64,000 nt of DNA from Eledone cirrhosa (GCA_964016885.1 OZ024756.1:24552001-24616000); one strand, 5' to 3'; counted from the stretch's first letter, positions 15,790 through 29,300 are shown. The notes: generated by a model from the sequence alone, not told the origin. Translations and numbers: made by a program.

Positions 15790-16658
15790 ATGAACAGGAT
15801 TTACATGTGCAGCCGAGTTGGAAGTGGTATCACGACTGGCGGCTGTTAAAAAATCAGTTGGCTGGAATTTGCAGGCGACATGGTGTTACTTAACTGGAAA
15901 GAAGATGATCTCCGACTTGCACTCGATAAGCTTTGATGCCGAGTCCTGCATGGTTGGAATGAAAATCAGTCGTGCGTAAACTGAGACACTCGTCCTCCCA
16001 AAGAAGCCTGCACAGTGCACTCTATATGTGAATGGAGATTCTATTGAAGCAGATAGAGAAGTTCAAGTGTCTCAGGGCCATGTCCACGAGTTATGGAAGG
16101 CAGGAAGCTGAATAAAGTGCAAGTATTGTAGGAGCTGGTGCAGTAATGTACCAGTTTCAGCATTCAGTAATCAGAAGAAAGGAAGTGGGCGTAAAAGCCA
16201 AACTAACTCGTTATCTTCAATTCGGTGTCGTGCCAACCTTTATCTATGGTCATGAATATTGTGTAATAACTGAAAGAATATGATCACACATACAAGCTGC
16301 CAGAATGGGATTCCTCCAAAGGGTCTTTCTTTGGAGTAACGTTACTCGATAAAGTGCATAGCTCGGAAATGAAAGATTCACTCCCGGTAGAGCAGCTACT
16401 TCTCCAAATTGAGAGATCACAACTCTGGTACTATGAGCATGTGTTTAGAATGCCACCGAAAAGAATCACGAGACAGATTTTACGGGCAAACCCAAGGGTA
16501 GACCCCGAACAAGATGGTTGGATAACATCCATGAGATTGGGGATCCAGCCAAACCAGTTCGAGAAGGTTACTTGTTACAGGCCCTGCTGGAATCAGTGTT
16601 TGAGGACTCTGCCCCCACAACACTCTCAGGAATAAATGTAAGAAGAAGAAGAAGAAGA
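15790..16658 (+). mobile_element. 5'-truncated, frameshifted RTE-clade LINE inserted in the satellite
   Basis: RT remnants (LEFA.D; ...IERSQLWYYEHVFRMPPKRITRQIL) and a (gaa)n tail at 16640-16658. Confidence 0.75.
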
Positions 16659-19600
16659 TTTAGGTTGGTTATAGTTGATTTAGATTAGTTATAATACATT
16701 TAGTCTGGTTATAGTAGATTTAGGGTAGTTATAGTAGGTTTAGGTTAGTTATAGTAGATTTAGGTTAGTTATAGTAAGTTTAGGTTAATTATAGTAGATT
16801 TAGGTTAGTTATAGTAGGTTTAGGTTGGTTATAGTAGGTTTAGGTTAATTATAGTAGATTTAGGTTGGTTATAGTAGATTTAGGTTAGTTATAGTAGATT
16901 TAGGTTGGTTATAGTAGATTTAGGTTAGTTATAGTAGATTTAGGTTAGTTATAGTAGATTTAGGTTGGTTATAGTAGATTTAGGTTAGTTATAGTAGATT
17001 TAGGTTAGTTATAGTAGATTTAGGTTGGTTATAGTAGATTTAGGTTGGTTATAGTAGATTTGGGTCTGGTTATAGTAGATTTAGGTTAGTTATAGTAGAT
17101 TTAGGTTAGTTATAGTAGGTTTAGGTTGGTTATAGTAGGTTTAGGTTAGTTATAGTAGATTTAGGTTGGTTATAGTAGATTTAGGTCTGGTTATAGTAGA
17201 TTTAGGTTGGTTATAGTAGATTTAGGTCTGGTTATAGTAGATTTAGGTTAGTTATAGTAGATTTAGGTTAGTTATAGTAGGTTTAGGTTGGTTATAGTAG
17301 GTTTAGGTTAGTTATAGTAGATTTAGGTTGGTTATAGTAGGTTTAGGTTAATTATAGTAGATTTAGGTTAGTTATAGTAGATTTAGGTTGGTTATAGTAG
17401 ATTTAGGTTAGTTATAGTAGATTTAGGTTGGTTATAGTAGGTTTAGGTTAGTTATAGTAGATTTAGGTTGGTTATAGTAGGTTTAGGTTAATTATAGTAG
17501 ATTTAGGTTAGTTATAGTAGATTTAGGTTGGTTATAGTAGATTTAGGTCTGGTTATAGTAGATTTAGGTTGGTTATAGTAGATTTAGGTTAGTTATAGTA
17601 GATTTAGGTTGGTTATAGTAGATTTAGGTCTGGTTATAGTAGATTTAGGTCTGGTTATAGTAGATTTAGGTTAGTTATAGTAGATTTAGGTCTGGTTATA
17701 GTAGATTTAGGTCTGGTTATAGTAGATTTAGGTCTGGTTATAGTAGATTTAGGTCTGGTTATAGTAGATTTAGGTTAGTTATAGTAGATTTAGGTCTGGT
17801 TATAGTAGATTTAGGTCTGGTTATAGTAGATTTAGGTCTGGTTATAGTAGATTTAGGTCTGGTTATAGTAGATTTAGGTTAGTTATAGTAGATTTAGGTC
17901 TGGTTATAGTAGATTTAGGTCTGGTTATAGTAGATTTAGGTCTGGTTATAGTAGATTTAGGTCTGGTTATAGTAGATTTAGGTTAGTTATAGTAGATTTA
18001 GGTCTGGTTATAGTAGATTTAGGTCTGGTTATAGTAGATTTAGGTCTGGTTATAGTAGATTTAGGTCTGGTTATAGTAGATTTAGGTTAGTTATAGTAGA
18101 TTTAGGTTGGTTATAGTAGATTTAGGTTAGTTATAGTAGATTTAGGTTGGTTATAGTAGGTTTAGGTTAATTATAGTAGATTTAGGTTAGTTATAGTAGA
18201 TTTAGGTTGGTTATAGTAGATTTAGGTCTGGTTATAGTAGATTTAGGTTGGTTATAGTAGATTTAGGTTAGTTATAGTAGATTTAGGTTGGTTATAGTAG
18301 ATTTAGGTCTGGTTATAGTAGATTTAGGTCTGGTTATAGTAGATTTAGGTTAGTTATAGTAGATTTAGGTTAGTTATAGTAGATTTAGGTTGGTTATAGT
18401 AGGTTTAGGTTGGTTATAGTAGATTTAGGTCTAGTTATAGTAGATTTAGGTCTGGTTATAGTAGATTTAGGTTAGTTATAGTAGATTTAGGTTAGTTATA
18501 GTAGATTTAGGTTGGTTATAGTAGGTTTAGGTTAGTTATAGTAGATTTAGGTTAGTTATAGTAGATTTAGGTTAGTTATAGTAGATTTAGGTTGGTTATA
18601 GTAGATTTAGGTTAGTTATAGTAGATTTAGGTTGGTTATAGTAGATTTAGGTCTGGTTATAGTAGATTTAGGTTAGTTATAGTAGATTTAGGTTGGTTAT
18701 AGTAGATTTAGGTTAGTTATAGTAGATTTAGGTTAGTTATAGTAGATTTAGGTTAGTTATAGTAGATTTAGGTTAGTTATAGTAGATTTAGGTTGGTTAT
18801 AGTAGATTTAGGTCTGGTTATAGTAGATTTAGGTCTGGTTATAGTAGATTTAGGTTAGTTATAGTAGATTTAGGTTAGTTATAGTAGGTTTAGGTTGGTT
18901 ATAGTAGATTTAGGTCTGGTTATAGTAGATTTAGGTTAGTTATAGTAGATTTAGGTTAGTTATAGTAGGTTTAGGTTGGTTATAGTAGGTTTAGGTTAGT
19001 TATAGTAGATTTAGGTTAGTTATAGTAGATTTAGGTTGGTTATAGTAGATTTAGGTCTGGTTATAGTATATTTAGGTCTGGTTATAGTAGATTTAGGTTA
19101 GTTATAGTAGATTTAGGTTAGTTATAGTAGATTTAGGTTGGTTATAGTAGGTTTAGGTTAGTTATAGTAGATTTAGGTTAGTTATAGTAGATTTAGGTTA
19201 GTTATAGTAGATTTAGGTTGGTTATAGTAGATTTAGATTAGTTATAGTAGATTTAGGTTGGTTATAGTAGATTTAGGTCTGGTTATAGTAGATTTAGGTT
19301 AGTTATAGTAGATTTAGGTTGGTTATAGTAGATTTAGGTTAGTTATAGTAGATTTAGGTTAGTTATAGTAGATTTAGGTTAGTTATAGTAGATTTAGGTT
19401 AGTTATAGTAGATTTAGGTTGGTTATAGTAGATTTAGGTCTGGTTATAGTAGATTTAGGTTAGTTATAGTAGATTTAGGTTGGTTATAGTAGATTTAGGT
19501 CTGGTTATAGTAGATTTAGGTCTGCTTATAGTAGATTTAGGTTAGTTATAGTAGATTTAGGTTAGTTATAGTAGATTTAGGTTAGTTATAGTAGATTTAG

Positions 19601-19827
19601 GTTAGTTATAGTAGATTTAGGTTGGTTATAGTAGATTTAGGTTAGTTATAGTAGATTTAGGTTAGTTATAATAGATTTAGCTTGGTTATAGTAGATTTAG
19701 GTTGGTTATAGTAGATTTAGGTTAGTTATAGTAGATTTAGGTTAGTTATAGTAGATTTAGGTTGGTTATAGTAGATTTAGGTCTGGTTATAGTAGATTTA
19801 GTGCTTGATTATAGTAAATTTAGGTAG
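16659..19827. repeat. 20/21-bp satellite, main homogeneous block
   Basis: ttaggttRgttatagtagRt mixed with a 21-bp ttaggtctggttatagtagat variant. Confidence 0.97.
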
Positions 19828-20177
19828 TGGAGTATGTGCTGTAGTGGAGTCTGTGCTGCTGTACGGGTCTGAGACTTGGACACAGGATAGCTCTGAACAT
19901 TAATCAGTATTCACTGAGGATGAAAATCTCAGAGCTGTATGGGAGCCTCCCAAAAGTCAGCTCACAGAGGAGACTGAGGTTAGCTGGACATGCTCAGTGA
20001 CATCCAGAGTTGACACTGCACTCAGTGCTCCCGTGGGAGCCCCTGCATGGACACACTGGAAGAGGAAGACCAAGGTTAACGTATGTTGATGCCCTAAGGA
20101 CAGACACTGGTCTGTTGGAGACGCAAGACATGGCAGCGATAATGAGGGACAGAGACCGCTGGAGAGAACTCGTCCAG
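19826..20177 (+). mobile_element. RTE-like LINE 3' fragment
   Basis: Encodes AVVESVLLYGSETWT ... RRLRLAGH ... HGHTGRGRPRLTYVDAL...RDRDRWRELV. Degenerate satellite resumes after it to ~20350. Confidence 0.75.
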
Positions 20178-20669
20178 TTGATTATAGCAGATTTAGACTG
20201 GTTTTACTTGATTTTCGTTGGTTATAATAGATCTAGGATGGTTATAATAGATTTAGTTGCATTATATGAGATTTGGGCTCGATATAGTAGATTTAGAGTT
20301 TAATAAACTTAGATTTAAGCTGGTTACAATAGATTTAGATTGTTCATAGTAGCTTGCTGGTTGTCGGCCTCCATCTAAAACATAGCTGTTTCTCATATGG
20401 TTAATTGTATGTAGGTTATTCCAGACTAGGAAGATCCCTACCAACTCTTCATATATGCTCCAAAGGAAAAACATTGTATATACTGAAGTTCTGTAAATAT
20501 TTTATAATTTTCATAGACTACATTTATCTATTGCATTCATGAGTTTTATATCGAATAGGTCTGAGTTCAAATCCTGCCGAGGTTAACTTTGCCTTTCATC
20601 CTTATGGGGTCGATAAAATAAAGTACCAGTAATACACTGGGATAATTGCAGGCCTTGTAGAAACAATTA

Positions 20670-21696
20670 TTAATATTCAAATCTTTTGCAAGCAAACAGC
20701 CTCATAACGCCACATAATTTAGACGACTATCATCATCCTTTTGTTCTAGCGGTAGCATAGAGAAACAATCCACAGTTGTTTCGGGGTTATTGCCCCTTGT
20801 GTTTCCCTCTTCTGTCACACACTAGAACTCTTGAGACTCTCTAGTATTCTCTAAATTATACATCAGCTGATTAGACTAATTTGCATACCAAGCGATTTTT
20901 ACTGCTGGCTTTGCCGAAAATTTAAAAAAACAAAATTGTTTATTGATCTCTCTGCTACCGCTAGAACAAATGGAATACGATAGTCGTCTAAATCACATGG
21001 GATTATGAGGCTGTTTGCTGCCAAGCCTGTCCGAGAAGCACACAGGGCGACGAAACTGTCCTGCACGCACTCGTTCAGTGCCCAAGCATTGCTGACTTGT
21101 GGGGCTATGTCGAACAGTTGTTGTCGTGTGTAGGACGGATCCGGTTATCAACTGAGTCCATTGTGCAGATAGCCCGACCACCCCGCTTTAAGGAGGAGGA
21201 AGGGCAGGCAGTTTTCATCTACCTGGTGGCCATGGCGAAAGAGATTGTGTGGTGGACAAAGTTGAAAGGATTGAAGATGGACACTTTCCTCTCCGGCGAA
21301 TCCTTGATTAACTTTTTCAAGTTTCACTTGAAGAGGAAAATCAGGGTGGAGATCCAAGTGCTGTCTTCTGGTAAGTTTATTGAATGGTGGGTGAAAGTGG
21401 CGAGTCTGGTCCGAGTGAATAGGCCTGCTATGAGTATGTGCCTGTAGACTGAGGAGTGGGAAAACGGAGAGAGGGTGCTTGCCCTGGTGGTCAGGGTGGC
21501 CGTGGTCTTTTGTGTGGTTTTCGCCACGAGTGACCCTCGGAAGTTTCCCCCCATTGGGGAATTTTTGTTGTTTGAATTTCTTAATCGTCCCGTACCGTTG
21601 TGTGCCGTTTGTAATGTCTTTCTTCATGTCAGCCCTTGTGGCCAATAAAGAAACCATTTTGAATCTGTTTGCTTGCAAACGAATCGAATATTAATG
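20670..21696. mobile_element. MITE/foldback element with ~100-bp TIRs; its right TIR is split by a Tx1 insertion
   Basis: Left arm: taatattcaaatcttttgcaagcaaacagcctcataa...gacgactatc...gttctagcggtagca. The right arm lies at 20941-21019 and continues at 21665-21696. Confidence 0.7.
21020..21664 (+). mobile_element. 5'-truncated Tx1/L1-clade LINE with a 9-bp target-site duplication
   Basis: zf-RVT remnant DETVLHALVQCPSIADLWGYVEQLL..., a 3' UTR with aataaa, and TSD ctgtttgct at 21011-21019 and 21665-21673. Confidence 0.8.
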
Positions 21697-22229
21697 GTTT
21701 CTTTATATTTAATAATATCATTATATTATTATTATTATTCGAAAAAAAAAAAAAAACTCACGAATGCATTTACGTATTCACTATGTTAGAGCGAAAATAA
21801 ATTACTTCTATCTATTATTTTCTTTATTACTTTTCGTATTTAGATATTCTAAATTGCACCCACCCCTTCATCCGTTTTTGGAAAACAAGTCGATAGCGAG
21901 CTTGTTGGGGGTAAGATTAGTTGAAAACACAAGAAAAACCTTAATTATCATACATTTTATTTAATGTTATTAGCGGTTAACGTACAAAAACGCTTCCTTT
22001 TTATAAGGATATATATATATATATAGATCTCTAGAGAGAGAGAGAGGGGGGGGACAAATACCTTAATCCTCGACGACAGGGTACATACACATCCATACAT
22101 GTAATGTACATTGAAAGGGGGTGCAGATAGCGCCGCCACACCATCCATTAACACATATCTCTTTACACCCAACATACTATCCAATATACCTGTTCACTAA
22201 ACTCTTCTCTCACCCCACCTCTCTTCGAA

Positions 22230-22547
22230 GCATCACGATCACGTGACCAACTTCTGCAAGTTCAACTCTTTGCAGCGGAATTTTCGCCGAACGAAAAAAT
22301 AAGGCTAACAAAAGTTTGTTTTTGTTTTTCATTACTTTTAAATAATTTCCCCCTTCTTCTTCTTCTTCTTTCTATTCGGTCTCTAAAAGCTAGTATACAG
22401 CAGATTTAACGAAATATAATAATATATAATCGTTAACCTCTAAACGTTAAGAACTAGCAAGCTAAAGCATCTTTCGATGTTGCACAAATATGGTTTTATC
22501 CTTTTTACCTGCCTTTCTCTCTCAATCTCATTTCGATGTTTTGAAAA
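22230..22547 (+). promoter_or_regulatory. Candidate promoter and non-coding first exon of the SMYD gene
   Basis: Locally CpG-richer unique sequence, palindromic E-box TCACGTGA at 22239-22246, and a strong donor AAA|gtaaga at 22547/22548. The first coding exon begins with an acceptor at 26180, so an upstream exon is required. Confidence 0.4.
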
Positions 22548-23397
22548 GTAAGAAAAATTGTGGTTTTATATAACTATAACAAAATATGTTTGCTGTGCTG
22601 TGTTCTTCAAATTTTCAATATTATTCAATTACTAAGACGACGGGTAAAAAAAAGATTATCTTACCCACAAGTAGAAAAATAAACCTTTGCTGTGCATCAT
22701 CATCGTTACCATCACCACCACCATTATCATCATCACCACCACCACCATCATAATCATCATCAACAACAACGATAACATCGTTGCTGTTATTAACGTCAAT
22801 GTCGTGTTGTGATTTGCTTTATAAAATTCTTCAGAATTCTTCAAAATTCTTCACAAGTTCGGGATCAACATATACAAGACAACTAAAAAATGTTTTTCTA
22901 GCTATCGTAAAATTTATTTCGATAATATTGTGTGCGCACATGTGTGTATGTACGTGCTTGTATGTGTGAGTATATATATGCGTGTTTATGTGAATATGAG
23001 TATGTTTATAATTGCGTATACATGCTTATATTTTTATATTATTGTATGTGTTTCTGTTTTTGTTTTGCTTAGTTTATATACGAAAGAATAAGTTTATTAC
23101 CATGTTTTATTATACATTTACATATATTTTCACACGTACAAACATACAGACATCTAGGGGTCAATTTCTATATACATTCTGGTCTCCAATAATCGCCTCT
23201 CCCACCAGTAGCATGCAGAGGGAGTGGGGGCGACGGTGCGTTGGCCCTAGGCATCCTTTGGATGGGGCATCATTTGGGGAAAAGAACTTAATAAATTTGA
23301 TTGATTTATATTAAAATCGAATTAAGCGTTCATTTCTTGTTTCATCTGTGTTTATATATTCAAAATATTTTCCTTTCTCATAATATTTCTCAGTATA

Positions 23398-23571
23398 TTA
23401 GGCCTTATACTTGAGTCTTTGTGGCATTAGGCCTTATACTTGAGTCTTGGTGGCATTAGGCCTTATACTTGAGTCTTTGTGGCATTAGGCCTTATACTTG
23501 AGTCTTGGTGGCATTAGGCCTTATACTTGAGTCTTTGTGGCATTAGGCCTTATACTTGAGTCTTTGGGGCA
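23398..23571. repeat. 29-bp tandem repeat x6 inside a degenerate hAT-like MITE (~23206-23619)
   Basis: Unit ttaggccttatacttgagtcttKgtggca. Flanking TIR-like cagtagcatgcagag / ctctgcaaaccgctg. Confidence 0.85.
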
Positions 23572-23907
23572 TACAATCAACATTTTCCCCGGGCATCACC
23601 AGAGCTCTGCAAACCGCTGTCCCCCACCCCCAGCTTATTAATTTTCAGATTTTTCCACCACCACCCCCGTTCTTATTCCCCAATCCCAATCCCTATTAAA
23701 TTTTGCTATTCTATGCCCAGTGACAATTAATTTTCTTTATATATCAAAAAACATTATCAGGGACAGTGGAAGCATTTTTGAATTGGGGGGGGGGGGGTGC
23801 TTGTGGCAATTATGGTCAATTTAGTTGTAGTGATTAGTTTAGCTGTTATTATCAAATATCAACCAATATATAAAAAAAACTTCGATGTGCGATAAACATG
23901 ACATGTA

Positions 23908-24479
23908 CAGGGTGGTCCAAAAGTCTTGTCACACCCCACCAAAACGTGATGAGAAACAGTTTATGTTCCCATCGCAGTATCGTCCTCTTCGGAGGAGCTG
24001 GTTTGCCGAATCTTGCAGTGAAGCCATGTCGCACATACTCCATGCTCTTGCCAGAATGCACACGATCATGTGTCCATACACTTGCAAGCAGCCTCTCTTC
24101 CAAACTGTAGGAGCTCTGAAATAGAAAATTATATTATTATTATTATAGTTACGGCCCTTTATGGTCTGAGTTCAAATCCCGCCGAGGTTGACTTTGCCTT
24201 TCATCCTTACGGGGTCGATAAAATAAAGTACCAGTAATGTATTGGGTAATTGCTGGCCTTGTGCCAAAAGAAGAAACAATTATTATTATATATTATAATT
24301 AATAATATTATATATTATATTATTAAAACAAAAAAATAATTGTTTCTACTTTTGGCACAAGGCCAGCAATTATCCCAGTGCATTACTGGTACTTTATTTT
24401 ATCAACCCCGTAAAACAAAAAAATAATGAAAGTTAAAACAATATGTGACAAAGAGTGACAAGACTTTCAGACCACCCTG
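23908..24479 (-). mobile_element. Internally deleted Tc1/mariner element carrying two SINE insertions
   Basis: TA|cagggtggtccaaaagtcttgtcac ... gtgacaagactttcagaccaccctg|TA. Transposase N-terminal HTH remnant (EERLLASVW...FTARFGKPAPPKRTILRWEHKLF). Confidence 0.8.
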
Positions 24480-25045
24480 TAGGTAAATTGTAGCGCATAT
24501 ACAAATGGATGTGTGTTTTGGTAGTTTGGGGGGGGGGGGGCAGTTCCACAGCCCCTGATTATACCTGACAAAAAGTACATTATTAGAAATCTCATACGTT
24601 ATGAAATAAATAGGATGGGTTGAGGTCTCAATATGTAAACTAATTCTGATTTTTTTTTTAAATCAACTGTTACAACCTAGAAAAATTACCAATCTCCTGC
24701 CCTCCCTTATTCCAGCCCCTCCTATTATCTGGCACCCAAGCGTACATCCTTTTAAAGAAAATCCTACCACCCCAGCAACAAACACTGCTACCACCAACAA
24801 CAACATCATCACCACTACCACCACCATCATTACTAACAAAGCCCTAATGCAGACATGTCTGAAGCGTAAGTTGGCCCCATAGAGACTAGAGGACATAATT
24901 TGTGTATGTGTATGAGTCAGCGTGTGTGTGTGTGTGTACTTTTCTTGGAGTTTCTTGTTACTACCTAAAATGCAGTAGCAAGTGACTCTGATCATTAGCA
25001 GTACAATGAGAACTCCAGACATATTTCGGTATTATTAAACCTCAT

Positions 25046-25268
25046 TGGGGCAGTAGATTGGCAGTGTCGGTAGAGAGTCGGACACCATGCTTTGCAGCAT
25101 AGAGTTATGGTCCCTCACAGTCTGAGTTCAAATCCTGCTGAGGTTAACTTTGTCTTTCATCCTTACCGAGTCGATAAAATAAAGTACCAGTAACGTACTG
25201 GGGTCGATTTAATCGACTTTACCCTCCCTCAAATTACTGGCCTTGTGCCCATACTAGAAATCATTATT
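25046..25268 (+). mobile_element. SINE family A (long-tail variant) with TSD
   Basis: Flanked by the direct repeat attattaaacctcattgg. Confidence 0.8.
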
Positions 25269-25696
25269 AAACCTCATTGGTGAACCATGGTCTAACTGTT
25301 ACTGCAAGACCTTAGAATGATTAGAGAAGTGATGAGATTTTTATTATCTAATAACCATGTGGTTAAGAAGTTTGCTTTGCAACCAGGTGGGTCTAGGTCT
25401 GATGCAAATAAGTGGTATCTTGGACAAAAGTCTCAGCCTGACCAATGCTTCATCAGTAGGATTTGGATCATAACTCCTCAGCAACTAAACTGAGTCCATG
25501 TAGGGTTGAAAGGACTTTTTGTCCTGTTGAGGGCATAACAACCTTTTCAGTGCAGGTGCTACAATAAAATGTACCCAGTCAACCAGTTAAAAGAATATAG
25601 TGTCATATCTTTGAAAGAGATCTGGCTCCTGTTTCTAACAGGTTGAATAACAATATAGAGGCTCTCTTTATTGTCTGGTGATTTCTTTTATCCTAG

Positions 25697-26016
25697 TGAA
25701 GGCACGTGGCTTTGTGGTTAGGGTATTCAACTCACAATCATAAGTTCATGAGTTAGATTCCTGGCGGCATGTTGTGTCCTTGAGCAGGACACTTTATTTC
25801 ATGTTGTTCCAGTCCACTCAGCTAGCAAAAATGAGTTGTACCTGTAATTCGAAGGGTCAACCTTGTCACATTCTGTATCACGTTGAATCTCCCCGAGGAC
25901 TATGGTAAGGGTATGCATGTCTGTGGAATGCTCAGCCACTTGCACATTAATTTCATGAGCAGGCTGTTCCATTGATCAGATCAACTGGAACGCTCGTTGT
26001 AACCGACAGAGTGCCT
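25697..26016 (+). mobile_element. tRNA-derived SINE family B
   Basis: gtgaaggcacgtggctttgtggttaggg head and body gtgtccttgagcaggacacttt...cagtccactcagct. Another copy lies at 41291-41630. Confidence 0.75.
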
Positions 26017-26322
26017 TCCTTCCTACTTGTGGTGAATAAGTAAAGATGGTTCATTTATATACATAAGCTAACTTTTATTCAAGAGTAATTGATTTTCCTG
26101 TCTATGCCTGACTACTGTGAGATATTTTTATTTTTAACCATTTCTTCTTCTTTCTTTCTTTTCTTTTATTTATTTACAGGTTTTAAAGAATGGTGCAAGA
26201 CTAGACTGAGTGAATAAATCCTGGAATACATAACTGAAAACCAAGACTAATATTTACATACATTGTATTTGTAAAAAGATTGGAACTGAAGTACATTGAG
26301 ACTAACAGCAGAAAATACAGCA

Positions 26323-29300
26323 ATGGAAGCCATAGAAAGAGAGGCTGAAAAGCAAATGGAAAAGAAAAAATATTCAGGAGCAATTAAGAAATATGATTCT
26401 CTATTATCGAATCCCATCATCGAACCACGTCACTTTTTCCAGCGTGCTAAATGTCATTATCACCTGAACAATTATCAAAATGCACAGACAGATATTAAAG
26501 AAGCTATGTCAAAAGGACTAACAACTAACCCCATTTACATTCTGGCAGGTAAAATAGCAGCCAAACAAGCAAAATTTGAGGAAGCCCTCGGTTACTACAA
26601 GAAAGTTCTAAAGACTGAACCTGGTAACACTGAAGTGATTGCAGATCTGAAAGGGATTCAGAAAGAAATTCTTGATACATATGAAGCCAACTCCAAAGAT
26701 GGAGAAGCAGAAGAAGAGAACTTGAGTCCAACAAAGTTCTGCAGTCAGGACATTTACCCAGGTGATGAACTTCTTCTCAATAATGAAAAAGAAATCCTCA
26801 GAGTAAATTACAAAATTGTATCTGAATTAAATGAGACTGAGGAAGATCCCAGATTATCTTTTGTTCCTGCCCATATGAAGAACCCAGCCAAATTAGCTGT
26901 TCAAGGTCAGACTTTTCAAATGCAAGGCAGGCTTCCAGAAGCAAAGCAGTGCTTTGACATTGCCATCCTACTAGATAAGACCAATCACAATTTCCGTTTA
27001 TTTAAAGCCAGGCTCTGCTTTCAGATGGGTAATAATCTGGAAACCTTGCAACAGCTTTGGTTAATACCGAAAGCTTTAAGGAATCATGAGGTCTGGAAAC
27101 TTGGAGGTATGTATGATTTCAAACTTTGTCTGATAGTGTTTCTATAAAGTTCAGGCAATTTTTAGATTCATTTAACAATGAATAGTCTCCACAATTTAAT
27201 GGTTTGATACTACTCTATTTCTCTATCTATCTATCATCTATCTCTTTCTCATAGTTTAAGGGCTGATTCTAAGAGAACTAGGTTTGCTTATCCTGGTAAA
27301 AGTCTAGATTCTTATTTGAAAATCATGCAGCAGTCTCTTTCATTAGAAATATTGTAATGAATAGAAATTTCATAAAACATCAAATATCAAAAACTCCCCT
27401 CCTATTTCTCTCTCTCTTTCTCTCTCACTGAGTAACTCACTGTTTCTCTTTTAAGGGCTCATTCTAAAAGAACTAGATTTGCCAGTCGTGGCGGAATTCT
27501 GGATTCGCAAGGCCACTCAATTTTCCAACAATGCTGATGAAGAATGCAAGATTGCCTTCCAACAGGTCCGTGTTAAACGCCTCTATTCTGTGCTTTGTTC
27601 AGAATATCCAGTAGAAGTAGTGTTTTCTCGCTATGGAAAAGCTGTTGTAGCCACAAAAGACATCGAGGCAAATGAGGTGATTTTCAAAGACTGCCCATTG
27701 GTCATTGGTCAAGCTACAGAGACCCTAACATCATCTCCCACATGTGATAACTGTGGCTATTCACTGATGGAACCATCACATTACTTTGGTGATAAACTGA
27801 ACACAATGAAAGAGGAACTGAAAGATCTCATTGTTACATATTGGCCAAAGAGGTTTGTTGTCTCTTGTGAGGAGTGTTTCCGTGAGAACTACTGCAGTAA
27901 AGCTTGTCGAGCAGAGGCATGGGAAGGTTTCCACCGAGTGTTGTGTCCCAAAACTAACCCAGCTGCCAGGTCAGTACACCTTTGATGTGGTGATGGTGAT
28001 GGTGGTGGTGTCTGTCTGTGTAAGTGTGTGTCAGTATGTGTCTGTGTGTGTGTGTGAGGGGGTCTTTGTGTATCTGTGTATGCCAGTATATCTGTCTTTG
28101 CTTCTGTGTGTGTATGTCAATTTATGTGCCTGTATCTGTTTGTATCTGTATCTGAGGGTGTGTGTCTGTGTGAGTCTGCATATGTGTGGCTGTGTGTATA
28201 TATGTACATTTCATCTACTCATGTATAGGCATGCATGTATATATGTGTGTAAATCTATGTGCTTGTATCTCTAACAGCAAGTGTGAGTTTGTCTAAGTAA
28301 TTCAAATTGGTAAATGTCTATATTAAGCATACATAAGGAATGAAGACTGGACTAATGTGACATATATGGATGCAGGTAGGCATGGCTGTCATCATCATCA
28401 TCGTTTTTATGTCCACTTTTTCATGCTTGCTGTGTAGTTAACAAGTTCACTTTGCAACAATATGACTTTTGAGTTCTGTCCTACTGTGCAGTAACATAGA
28501 CAAGCGTCTTTCTATCATAGCCACAGGACAAACAACACCTTGACAGTGAAATTTAGTTGACAGAAACTAAGTGAAAGCCAGTCTGAAAGACCATTTCTGT
28601 TATTCTGAAGGTTGACTTAATCCATCACCCAATATAAAATCACCATGACCACCACATGGGTCTAGGAAAACCTTTAGCAGAGTCATTTGTAAGCTGATAT
28701 TTAGACCATTGCTTGAATACATATGTCTTATAAAATCATGATGGAAGGATATAATACAAGCATAAACATTTTTAAATGTAGTGGCTTGAGCATCTTGATC
28801 ATGCTCACCTTCACTTCATGAATATTTTGTATCATAAATCCAGGACAGTTTCAGGAAATTTGTTGTCAAAAGGGTTAACAACAATACTTGGTCCCTTAGG
28901 TGCCTTTATCAGAATCCACTTTGTTGCAAACATTCAGGCTAGAGATCCTTATTTTAAAGTTTGAGGAATCATGCATACATGTATAAACTATTGTATGTCC
29001 TCCAACAAAAGAGAAGTTACATAATCACAAATGGATAGGAATTTCAGTTCCTTCCTGACTAAGTGATAAAAAAATATCTACTTCTCTTTTCTTCAACATC
29101 TCCATTTAGTGGAACCCATTTTGTCACTTAGGTGAGCCGATTGTGAGCTCAAACTAAGGAAACATGGTTCCATTGGTCTTTCCATTGCTGAAACTATTTG
29201 CTGAAACTATCCAGTCACAACTTCTAGCAGAAGGCACTTAGGTAGACTGTAGTAAAGAGAGTTATGTACCTTGTGCTAGGAGCCTAACAGAGTGATTGTC

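Noticed and set aside
15146-19827. Telomeric array or CRISPR-like array
   Set aside because: TTAGG is only part of a 20-bp monomer, there are no unique spacers, and the context is eukaryotic.
23398-23571. CRISPR-sized 29-bp repeats
   Set aside because: The copies are directly adjacent with no spacers, so this is a minisatellite.
25420-25462. CTGATGA...GAGAC hammerhead-like motif (- strand)
   Set aside because: The GAAA box is broken, there is no stem I, and it lies within a decayed SINE.
26190-26204. Upstream ATG in the SMYD first coding exon
   Set aside because: A four-codon uORF (MVQD*), not the main start; no evidence of function.
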